Assembly: GCA_945889655.1 (NCBI GenBank)
Contig: CAMDCH010000003.1
Span: 1-34,272 of the forward strand
DNA: 34,272 bases
Direction: 5' to 3'
DNA from: a bacterium HR33
Lineage (GTDB): Bacteria > Gemmatimonadota > Gemmatimonadetes > Gemmatimonadales > GWC2-71-9
The position numbers and the translations under genes were made by a program. Positions 7,892 through 16,200 of the stretch are shown here, one piece after another. Each line of letters begins with the position of its first letter. Within the stretch, counting starts at the first letter, position 1. The notes beneath the pieces were generated by a model. That model did not search any database, was not told the origin of the DNA, and was given only the letters and a program-made list of their open reading frames with translations.

Positions 7892-8382
7892 GTCCCGGTC
7901 TCCCGCATCCGCTCCGACGCCAGCTCCACCGCCTCGTAGATCTTCAGGTAGCCGGTGCAGCGGCAGAGGTTGCCTGCGAGGGCTTCCTTGATGTGGTCGC
8001 GGGAAGGCCTGGGGTTCTCCACCAGCAAAGCCTCGGCGACGAGCAGGAAGCCGGGCGTGCAGTAGCCGCATTGCGCGGCGCCCAGGTCGGCAAAGGCCGC
8101 CTGGAGCGGGTGCAGCTCCGGGCCATTGGCCATCCCCTCAACGGTCCGCACCTCCCGGCCATCGCAGGCCAGGCCGAGGACCAGGCACGAGAGCACCGGC
8201 TGACCGTCGAGCAGCACGGTGCAGGTGCCGCATTCGCCCAGCTCGCAGCCATGCTTGGTGCCGGTGAGGTTCAGGTCTTCCCGAAGGACTTCGAGGAGCG
8301 TCTTGTGCGGGGCGAAAGAGACCGGAGTCTCCTCGCCGTTAATGTGCAGCGTGACTACCGACCTAGGCGACTGGCTTTCCAA
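7888..8382 (-). CDS. 2x[2Fe-2S] small subunit, HcrC/CoxS-like
   Basis: GTKHGCELGECGTCTV...SC, QCGYCTPG, GNLCRCTGY. TTG start is uncertain. Confidence 0.93.
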   Translation of the reverse strand: MESQSPRSVVTLHINGEETPVSFAPHKTLLEVLREDLNLTGTKHGCELGECGTCTVLLDGQPVLSCLVLGLACDGREVRTVEGMANGPELHPLQAAFADLGAAQCGYCTPGFLLVAEALLVENPRPSRDHIKEALAGNLCRCTGYLKIYEAVELASERMRETGT

Positions 8383-8602
8383 AGAGGAAAGTCTCCGTCT
8401 GCTGGATCAGCATCTGCCTCGACTTGGGATCCCGCAGGTCGAGGGAGTAGTGATTGATGATCTGGGTCTGCTGCTTCAGCCAGTCCTTCCAGCACACCGC
8501 GCAGATCGTCGCGTGGATCTTGGCGCCGAAGTCGGTGGGGAAGGGCGAGGCTGCCATGCCCTCCCGGGTCTGTCCGCAGCGGATGCAGGTAACGTCGCTC
8601 AT
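8363..8602 (-). CDS. yggX: YggX-like Fe(II)-trafficking/oxidative-damage protection protein
   Basis: PFPTDFGAKIHATICAVCWKDWLKQQTQIINHYSLDLRDPKSRQML...FLFG follows the YggX pattern. Confidence 0.85.
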   Translation of the reverse strand: MSDVTCIRCGQTREGMAASPFPTDFGAKIHATICAVCWKDWLKQQTQIINHYSLDLRDPKSRQMLIQQTETFLFGKPVA

Positions 8603-8610
8603 GGGTGGCT

Positions 8611-8620
8611 AATCTAACTT
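8611..8620. promoter_or_regulatory. Overlapping divergent -10 boxes for two probable leaderless genes
   Basis: TAGATT (minus, 8616-8611) is 8 nt before the yggX ATG; TAACTT (plus, 8615-8620) is 6 nt before ATG 8627. No SD on either side of the 24-bp gap. Confidence 0.55.
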
Positions 8621-8626
8621 TACGGC

Positions 8627-8824
8627 ATGGAAACGGTTGATCGAGTGGGACTTTGTCGTACGTGCATTCACAGCCGGCAGGTCACGTCGGGGAAGGGATC
8701 CGTGTTCTGGCTATGTGAGCTCTCGAAGACAGACCCTCGTTTCCGGAAATACCCGCCACTACCGGTGCTTCGCTGCGAGGGATACGAGAGAGGGGAAGAG
8801 GGAAGCGGGAGGGAGGAAGGGTAA
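8627..8824 (+). CDS. Small 4-Cys protein (probable metal binder), the only credible plus-strand gene
   Basis: GLCRTC...FWLC...DPRFRKYPPLPVLRCEGY; fills the gap between yggX and DinB exactly. Confidence 0.75.
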   Translation: METVDRVGLCRTCIHSRQVTSGKGSVFWLCELSKTDPRFRKYPPLPVLRCEGYERGEEGSGREEG

Positions 8825-8869
8825 AGCGACTAGGTCTTTCGCTTCCCCCTTCCCGCGTCCCGCTTCCCC
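8791..8869. repeat. Inverted heptamer arrays (GGGAAGN / NCTTCCC) spanning two convergent gene ends
   Basis: Left ggggaag agggaag cgggagg gaggaag; right gcttccc ccttccc gcgtccc gcttccc. Confidence 0.75.
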
Positions 8870-9381
8870 GTCTTATCCAGCCACTTCAGCCTGTCGTGTA
8901 TCTGTCTTGCGTGGTGCCGGGCGTGGACGTAGTGAAATCGCACCCATTCCGGCATGGTGAGATCACCCATGACCGGGTGCGCCACGAAGATTTCGCTCTT
9001 CTGCTTGTCGTTCCACGACTCGCTGAGTCCGGCGAACCGCTCAATCCCCATCCGGTACTGTGCCGACACCAGCTCCGCGTCAGGTTCTTCGGGTGGTCGT
9101 GTGCTTTCGGGCGACTTGAGCTTGGGCGGGAACTTGCCCAGCATCAGCAGGAAATGGCGCAGTACCGCCTGGCCGGGGTTGGAGCGCCGTTTCATCCCGG
9201 TCTTGGCCGCGCGCTGTTCCAGGACGCCGGACGATGCATCCACGCCCGCGGCCAGGTGGGCAACGATCTGCGCGATGCTCCACTTGTCCTTCGGCGCCCG
9301 GTGCCAGTCCTCGGGCTTGAGCCCGTGCAGGGGACCGAACACCATCGGCTCTATCGCGTCGAGCTGCCGGCGAACCTTCAC
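8830..9381 (-). CDS. DinB-family (DinB_2) protein
   Basis: WSIAQIVAHL, HPVMGDLT..EWVRF..VHARHHARQI His triad; GTGA coupling with the upstream gene. Confidence 0.85.
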   Translation of the reverse strand: MKVRRQLDAIEPMVFGPLHGLKPEDWHRAPKDKWSIAQIVAHLAAGVDASSGVLEQRAAKTGMKRRSNPGQAVLRHFLLMLGKFPPKLKSPESTRPPEEPDAELVSAQYRMGIERFAGLSESWNDKQKSEIFVAHPVMGDLTMPEWVRFHYVHARHHARQIHDRLKWLDKTGKRDAGRGKRKT

Positions 9382-9638
9382 TGGTCCTCCGCCGCATAAA
9401 TCGACCTGACGATGCCGTTAAAAACCTCGGCCTTGGCGTTGAGCTTCCCGGTCACCGGGTCCTTCTTGATGTACCACTGGCACATCTCGGTCATCGCCAT
9501 TGCCTCGTCTTCGTTCAGGTCGACCGAGAACGCGCCGTCCGCGGCCTTGGCGCCGTCGACGACACGCTTGAGGTTGTCCGGAATTTCCGGCGTGGCCTTG
9601 AGAGCTTCGAGCATGGGTTGGGTGAAGCGGACGTTCAT
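9378..9638 (-). CDS. Hypothetical 86-aa protein
   Basis: Normal composition and GC-ending codons; coupled to DinB; preceded by an extended -10. Confidence 0.75.
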   Translation of the reverse strand: MNVRFTQPMLEALKATPEIPDNLKRVVDGAKAADGAFSVDLNEDEAMAMTEMCQWYIKKDPVTGKLNAKAEVFNGIVRSIYAAEDQ

Positions 9639-9645
9639 GACTGGA

Positions 9646-9654
9646 AGAATAACA
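9646..9654 (-). promoter_or_regulatory. Extended -10 (TGnTATTCT) 7 nt upstream of ATG 9638, probably leaderless
   Basis: Minus strand reads GCTGTTATTCTTCCAGTCATG; no SD. Confidence 0.55.
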
Positions 9655-9655
9655 G

Positions 9656-9720
9656 CGGGATTGGGGATTAGGGATCAGGGGTCCGCGTGCACAGACCGCT
9701 AATCCCCGATCCCTGACCCC
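9656..9720. repeat. Inverted heptamer arrays (RGGGATY / RATCCCY) downstream of thrB
   Basis: Left cgggatt ggggatt agggatc aggggtc; right cgctaat ccccgat ccctgac ccc. Confidence 0.85.
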
Positions 9721-9729
9721 GTCCACGCA

Positions 9730-10584
9730 CTACGCACCAGCGGTTACGCCACTCAACGCCACCCCCGGAGTGATCGCTTCCGCCGGGTTACCGGCAAGCA
9801 GGAGAGCCTCCGCCATCATGTCGGCGATCATCTTGACCTTCAACCGCGGCGCGACCGCAATCAGGCTCGAGCCGGCACCCGAGATGGTCACGCCGTAGGC
9901 TCCGGCCTTGATCCCGGCCTCCACTGCCGCGTCGAAACCCGGGATGAGGTGCTTGCGGTGCGGAACCGCAAGCTGGTCTTCCATGCCGAAGCTGATGAGA
10001 TCGCCGGCGCCCGTCACCAGGCCCTGGACCAGCGACGCCGACCTCGCCGCCTGGGCGATCGCCACCTCGCGGTCGACCTCGTGCGGAAGCATCTTGCGCG
10101 CGGTCTTGGTATCGATGCCCTTGGCCGGCACCGCGAGCGCCACGCCGAGGCTCTCGTCCAGCTCCAGCCGCACCGGCCGCTGGGCCGCCAGCATCAGCCC
10201 GCCGTATGCCGCTGGAGCCGCGTTGTCCGGATGCCCTTCGGCCTCGAATGCGACCTCGAAGGCGCGGTCGCGATTCAGCTTCCCGCCGGCCGCGAGCTGT
10301 AGCAGTGCCGCTCCCGCCACCAGCGCCGCGGCGGACGAACCGAGACCCTTGCCCACCGGGATTTCAGAATGGACCGCGAGGTGGTAGCGATTGCCGTTCA
10401 TCCCGCCCAGTCCCTTGAGGATCAGGTCCTTCGCGGGATCGAGACCGGCGACGGTCCCGGTGTACACGGGATGACCGGGGCCCTCGACGAGCGACGCTTC
10501 GAGCCAGAGATCGAGTGCCATGCCCAGGCAATCGAAACCGGCCCCGAGATTCGAGGTGGAGGCGGGAACGCGGACGGTGATCAT
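9730..10584 (-). CDS. thrB: Homoserine kinase
   Basis: VRVPASTSNLGAGFDCLG, IPVGKGLGSSAA (GHMP motif), EGHPDNAAPA, ISGAGSS. Confidence 0.95.
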   Translation of the reverse strand: MITVRVPASTSNLGAGFDCLGMALDLWLEASLVEGPGHPVYTGTVAGLDPAKDLILKGLGGMNGNRYHLAVHSEIPVGKGLGSSAAALVAGAALLQLAAGGKLNRDRAFEVAFEAEGHPDNAAPAAYGGLMLAAQRPVRLELDESLGVALAVPAKGIDTKTARKMLPHEVDREVAIAQAARSASLVQGLVTGAGDLISFGMEDQLAVPHRKHLIPGFDAAVEAGIKAGAYGVTISGAGSSLIAVAPRLKVKMIADMMAEALLLAGNPAEAITPGVALSGVTAGA

Positions 10585-10657
10585 TGGGTGCGGGGTTCGG
10601 GGTTTGGGGTGCGGGGAGGGCGGTCACCCGCACCTCGCACCCCGCACCCCGCACCCA
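10585..10657. repeat. Inverted heptamer arrays (GGGGTGC / GCACCCC) abutting the thrB start codon
   Basis: Left tgggtgc ggggttc ggggttt ggggtgc; right cccgcac ctcgcac cccgcac cccgcac cca. Confidence 0.88.
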
Positions 10658-10669
10658 TACGACCGAAAC

Positions 10670-13141
10670 TTACATCCTGAAGAGGTAACTCAGCTTGACG
10701 AAGAACCCGTCGGTCGTGCGATTGAGGTCGTTGAACCCGAACGCTTCGGGCTCGGTCAGGCTGGCGCCGTACCCGGCGAAGAACACCGTGCCGGGGTTGG
10801 GCTGGTAGGAGAGGAGCCAGTCCACCCGGAAGTTGTTCGACCTCGTGATGGACGCGCGCGTGTAGCGCGTGCCGGAGCGGATCAGGATCGGGAAATTGGT
10901 GCGTGAATCATCCCGCAGCGAGTCCCGGAACTGCGCGTCATACTGGCCCACGAACCGGAAGAAGATCGCGCGGGTCGCCTGGTATTCCACTCTGAGCCGC
11001 GGGATCTGCCGCCGCTTCACGGTGGACATGTCGGTCATGCGCTTGTAGAGCGAGAGCGGGTAGCGCGCGTTCACGCGGATCTTGGTCGTGGGCAGCCAGT
11101 CGAGCGTCACGGTCGGGAACGTCACGTACGCGACGGCCCACTCCTCGAAGTTTTCGTCCTGCCCGCCGATCACGTTGAACGTGAGGCGCCACGTCTTGAA
11201 CTGGGGCGTGGTGAGGCTCAGCGAATAGTCGTGGTTCGTGATCCGGTTCACGCCGGTGTACGGGATCGTGTCCTTGGCACCGCTGGGTAACGTGCGCTCG
11301 ATGTAGTAGTTGGCGTAGAGGTTCGGATCGTAGTGGAATGTCTCGAGGAAGTAGTTGGCATTGACACGCCACCCGCCGCGGAGGTTGAAGCTGTTGTTGA
11401 AATGCAGCTTCGGGTCGTTGGGCATGTGGGTGCTCTTGACGCCCCAGATGGAGTCGAGGCGGCCACCCTTGAAGAGGTGGTTGTATCCCCAGTTGCCGGA
11501 TACTGACCAGTTGAAGGTGTAGGACTCGATCGTCGCCTTGGGCTTGCCGAACCAGGTGAAGCGCTGGGAGTAGTTCATGCTCGCCTGGTTGGCCCGGTTG
11601 GCAAAGCCGCTTCGTGTACGGAACAGCGAGTCGATCCCGCTGAACGAGTAGCTCGTGCCGAAGTACTTGCCGGTGCGGTCGACATTGAAATTCCAGCGTC
11701 GGCCGCTGGTCTTGGCCGCTGTCCCCGTCTTGTCGAAGCTCTGGGAATAGTTCCCGCCCACAAACCAGATCTTGGAGAACACGTAGCGTGCGTCGCCGCC
11801 CATGACGCGGTTCCAGTTGCCCCCGTCGATCCGGTCCGTGTACACGATGCCGGCAGTGGACTGCGCGCCGAAGTCCCGCTTGAGACGAAGAATGTTGTAG
11901 ATCGGGTTGGGCCGGCCGTCTACGGTCGCGGAAACGCGGGCAATCGTCGAAAACTGTCTGTCATCCACCGCGGAAAGGAGCCCGATGCTGATGCCCGACT
12001 GCTTCCCGTTCAGCTTGAGCGCGGCGATCGGCTGGCCGATGGAGCGTGTGTAGATCAGGTTGTTGGGCGCATCGAACTGCTGCGTACCCTCGAGGAAGAA
12101 CGGACGCTTCTCGGGGAACGAGACCGCGGAGCGCGGGTCGAACTGGTTCTGCTGGACGTCTGCCTCGACCTGTGAGAAATCCGGGTTCATGGTGGCGTTC
12201 ATCGTCAGGTTGGGCGTGATGCCCCAGACCGCGTTGCCGCCAAACTCCGGCTTCCCATTCGTGTAGTTCCACCCGGCCGTGGCGGGCACCTGCGGGATAC
12301 CAACAACGCGCGAAGTGATGGTCGGGTTGAAGTCGAGCACCAGGCCGCGCTTGATATCGCTGACCCCGGTGAGCTTGCCGGACTGCACCAGCATCGATGC
12401 GTTGCCCTTTTTCAGCGGCGCCCAGCTCTGCTCGTGCTGGGAGTGCTGGACCTCGCGCAGGATGTTGATGCCCCAGTCCTGCACCTTGGTGCTCTGGTAG
12501 CGCAGGCTCTTGAACGGGATCCGGACCTCGACCTCGTAGCCGTAGTCCGTAACCCGGCCCTTGGACTGGTACTGGAAATCCTCATTGAGATCGTTGTGGC
12601 CGCCACCGGTGCCGCCCTCGCTCCGGGTCCCGTCCGACTGGCTGCCGAACGGGTTGACCATGAAGACCATCGCGCGGCGGCGGTCGTTGAACGTGTCCAG
12701 CAAGATCTGGATGTGATCGTCGGCGCTGATCTTGTCGCGGTCGGCCCGGTTCGCCTGCACCTTGCCGTGCGGCTCAAAGGCCCTGATGCCGAAATAGATC
12801 GCGTGGTCTTCGTACCACACGTACACGTCGGTGGAGTCTTCCGCCGGCAGGCCGTCCTGCGGCTGGTATTCGGAGAACCCGGTGAGCAGTGCGGCTTCGC
12901 GCCAGACCGCTTCATCCAGGATCCCGTCGATCTTTACGTCCTGGTTCAGCGAGATCCGCGGCATGTTGATGCCGAGCCGGTTCGACCGGCCGTGGTAGAT
13001 CCGGGAGGCCTCCGAAACCAGGGCGGGCGCGGTCGTGAGACTCGCCTCGCTGAGGACCACTTCGGATGAAGCCGGAGCCTGGGCCAAGGCGGTTCCCGCA
13101 AAGGCGAGTACCGCCAGCGCCGCCAACCTGATCTCGCGCAT
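10670..13141 (-). CDS. Outer-membrane protein: CBM9-like N-terminal domain plus DUF5916-type barrel region (paralog 1)
   Basis: Signal peptide; IDGILDEAVW, LLDTFND, EVRIPFKSLRY, NPDFSQVEAD, FPEKRPFFLEG, YTRSI; C-terminal FFVKLSYLF. Confidence 0.85.
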   Translation of the reverse strand: MREIRLAALAVLAFAGTALAQAPASSEVVLSEASLTTAPALVSEASRIYHGRSNRLGINMPRISLNQDVKIDGILDEAVWREAALLTGFSEYQPQDGLPAEDSTDVYVWYEDHAIYFGIRAFEPHGKVQANRADRDKISADDHIQILLDTFNDRRRAMVFMVNPFGSQSDGTRSEGGTGGGHNDLNEDFQYQSKGRVTDYGYEVEVRIPFKSLRYQSTKVQDWGINILREVQHSQHEQSWAPLKKGNASMLVQSGKLTGVSDIKRGLVLDFNPTITSRVVGIPQVPATAGWNYTNGKPEFGGNAVWGITPNLTMNATMNPDFSQVEADVQQNQFDPRSAVSFPEKRPFFLEGTQQFDAPNNLIYTRSIGQPIAALKLNGKQSGISIGLLSAVDDRQFSTIARVSATVDGRPNPIYNILRLKRDFGAQSTAGIVYTDRIDGGNWNRVMGGDARYVFSKIWFVGGNYSQSFDKTGTAAKTSGRRWNFNVDRTGKYFGTSYSFSGIDSLFRTRSGFANRANQASMNYSQRFTWFGKPKATIESYTFNWSVSGNWGYNHLFKGGRLDSIWGVKSTHMPNDPKLHFNNSFNLRGGWRVNANYFLETFHYDPNLYANYYIERTLPSGAKDTIPYTGVNRITNHDYSLSLTTPQFKTWRLTFNVIGGQDENFEEWAVAYVTFPTVTLDWLPTTKIRVNARYPLSLYKRMTDMSTVKRRQIPRLRVEYQATRAIFFRFVGQYDAQFRDSLRDDSRTNFPILIRSGTRYTRASITRSNNFRVDWLLSYQPNPGTVFFAGYGASLTEPEAFGFNDLNRTTDGFFVKLSYLFRM

Positions 13142-13160
13142 GAACGTGTCCTTGAGATTG

Positions 13161-13183
13161 AAAACGGGGTCGTGTGAGACCCC
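13161..13183 (-). terminator. Possible intrinsic terminator after the glucan synthase gene, or a 5'-UTR hairpin of paralog 1
   Basis: GGGGTC-tcacac-GACCCC-GTTTT on the minus strand; a TATATT -10-like box lies just upstream (13191-13186). Confidence 0.4.
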
Positions 13184-13260
13184 AGAATATAGGCAAGGGA
13201 ATGGCTTAGGGGCAAAGACTCGTGGACTACAAGGAGCCGGGCGGGGTGGGTGGGTGTCGG

Positions 13261-16200
13261 CTAGCGGCGCGCCAGTGGCCCCGCGACCTTCGCCATGTGG
13301 CCGATCGTGACGAGCACCCGGTGAGTCCGGCCGTCGTCCACCAGGGGAATGGCCGCGGCGTCAACCGCATGGCCATCCAGGTCGGCCGACGCGATGCCTC
13401 GGCAGCGATGCTCGGGATTGATGACGGTGATCTCGTAGCGCGTGCGGCCAAACCGCCATTTGATGGAATATCCGGACCACGCTCCCGGAATGCAGGGATC
13501 GAGCGCGAAGGTGTCTCCTGTCCGCCTGAGGCCGAGTATGCTCTCCAGCCCCGCGCGATACATCCAGCCGGCCGAACCCGTGTACCACGACCACCCGGCA
13601 CGCCCTGCGTGCGAGGGATGAGCGTAGACATCCCCGGCCATGACGTACGGCTCACCCTGGTAGCGCGCGACATCGGCGGCGGTCCGCGTGTGGTTGATCG
13701 GGTTGAGCAGGTGGAAGAGCTCGACCGCTTCATCACCGTTGCCGAGACGGGCGACCGCCATGACCGTCCACACCGCGGCGTGAGTGTACTGGCCGCCGTT
13801 CTCTCGCAGGCCCGGTGGATAGCCCTTGATGTAACCGGGATCCTGCGCGGTGCGGTCAAACGGGGGTGCCAGCACCAGCACCACTCCCGACCCGCGCGAG
13901 ACCAGGTGGCTGCGCACGGCATCCATCGCGCGCTCCGCGCGGGCCAGCGGCGCCACGCCGGACAGCACCGCCCACGACTGGGCGATCGAATCGATCTTGC
14001 ACTCGTCGTTCTGGGCCGAGCCCAGCGGGAGCCCGTCGTCGTAGTAACCGCGACGATACCAGTCGCCATCCCAGGATCGCTCGAGCACGCCGGCCAGCCG
14101 GCCGGCTTCGTTCGCGTACCGGGCGGCGCGCGGAGTGTCGCGGCCCGTGCATAGTGGCTGGAAGCGCCGCAGCACGTCGTGCAGGAACCATCCGAGCCAG
14201 ACGCTTTCGCCCCGCCCCTCGCGCCCGACGCGGTTCATTCCGTCGTTCCAGTCGCCGCTGCCCATCAACGGCAGTCCGTGAGCCCCGGCGGTGATGCCCC
14301 TGTCGATGGCTCGCGCGCAATGCTCGAAGAGCGACGCCGACACGAGCGACGGGCGCGCGTCGCCGTACGTCTCGTGCTCATGTTCGGCCAGGAGCGGGCC
14401 CTCGAGGAACGGGACAACCTCGTCGAGGATGGCAGTATCACCCGTGGTCTCCACGTAGTGCGCGACCGCATACGGCAGCCAGAGCAGGTCATCCGAGCAT
14501 CGCGTGCGCGTACCTCGTCCCCCCGGCGGATGCCACCAGTGCTGGACGTCCCCTTCGACGAACTGGCGCGATGCGGCGCGGAGGACGTGCTCGCGAAAGA
14601 GGTCCGGCCGGGCGAACGACAGCGCCATGACATCCTGGAGCTGGTCCCGGAAGCCAAACGCGCCGCCGGGCTGAAAGAACCCGCTCCTCGCCCACAGCCG
14701 GCAGCCCAGGGTCTGGTAGAGCAGCCAGTGGTTGAGGAGCAGGTCGAACGAATCGTCGGGCGTCCGCACCTGGATCGTGTCCAGCGTTTCCGTCCACGCG
14801 GCCTCCACCGATGCGAGTGCCGTGGCTGCGGCCGCGACGCTCCCGTGCCGCTGGATCAGCGCGCGGGTGTGCTGCCGGTCCCGCCCCTGGCCCAGCAGGA
14901 AGACAACCTCGTGGGTCTGTCCGGGCGCGAGCGTCACGCTGACCTGGAGCGCCGCGCACGGGTCCAGCCCGGCGCCGAACTGGCCGGACAGTCCCGGGCG
15001 CTGCAGTGCCACCGGCCGCGCCAGCGATCCGTTGCGGCCCACGAATGCAAGCCGGTCCCCCGTGGCGGACAGGGGTGTGTCGCTCGCATGGGAAAACGCC
15101 ACGGCGCCGGGGCAGCTCTCGTTGAACGGATTCCGCGCCAGGATCGCACCGGTCGCTTCATCCTGTTCGGTCACGACCTGAAGGTGCTGGCCGAGCCGGG
15201 GCGGACCCATGTGCCACTCGTTGTAAGCAAAAAGGCTCAGTCGCCGTGTGCGGCCCGTGCGGTTCGTGAGCGCAAGGTGCGAGAATTTCACAGGGTCCGC
15301 GCTGTCGACGAACACGGCGAGCTCCTGCGCGATCCCGTGGGACAAGTGGACAAAGCGCGTCACCCCGGCGCCATGCCGGGTCACGAACCGGCCGCCGTCA
15401 GATGACCGCGGAATCGGGCCCGGCGTCGGACACCAGGTGGAGCCGTCGTCCTCGTCTCGCAGGAACAGTGCTTCCCCCGTCGAGTCGGTCACCGGATCGT
15501 TGGCGAACGGCGTCAGCCGGTTTTCCCGGCTATTTCCGGTCCAGGTGTACGCGGAACCCGAGGCAGACACGACCGTGCCGACGACGGGATTCGCGATGAC
15601 GTTGACCCAGGGCAGTGGTGTTTCCCGGTTGCCATCGAGCACCACCACGTATTCGCGGCCATCGGCGGCGAATCCTCCGGTCTCGTTGGGAAACGCGAGG
15701 GTGGGAATGGCTGCGGCCTCGTCGCCGGGCTCACTCGCGCGAAGCGGCCGCGGGCGCGGTGGCGGTTGCTGTTCCTTGCGCCACTCCGGTTCCAGGTAGG
15801 GCCAGTCGAGCTGGCTCGAGAGCCCGCCCCGTTCGCCCGGCAGGATGGCGCGCGCCACGCTCGCCAGCAGCGTCCGCTCGGCTTCCGTCATGCGGTCGCC
15901 TCGCAGCAGGAAAACGCCGCCAGGGCGATGCTTCCACGCTCCCCACGGCCCGGTGTCCAGCAGGGCGGTGAGCTGGACGTGCATCTCGTCCAGGTAACTG
16001 GCCGGATGCTCGTTCAGGATCACGACATCTGCGGAGAGTCCCTTGAGTCGCCAGTACTCCTGTGCCTGGAGCACCTGGCGCACGAGCGGGATGTTGTCGT
16101 CATCTACGACACGCACCAGGAGTATGGGAAGATCACCGGAGATGCCGTGACCCCAGAGTCCTGGCTGTCCCAGCACGTTGCGCTCGAGGATCTCCGGTCC

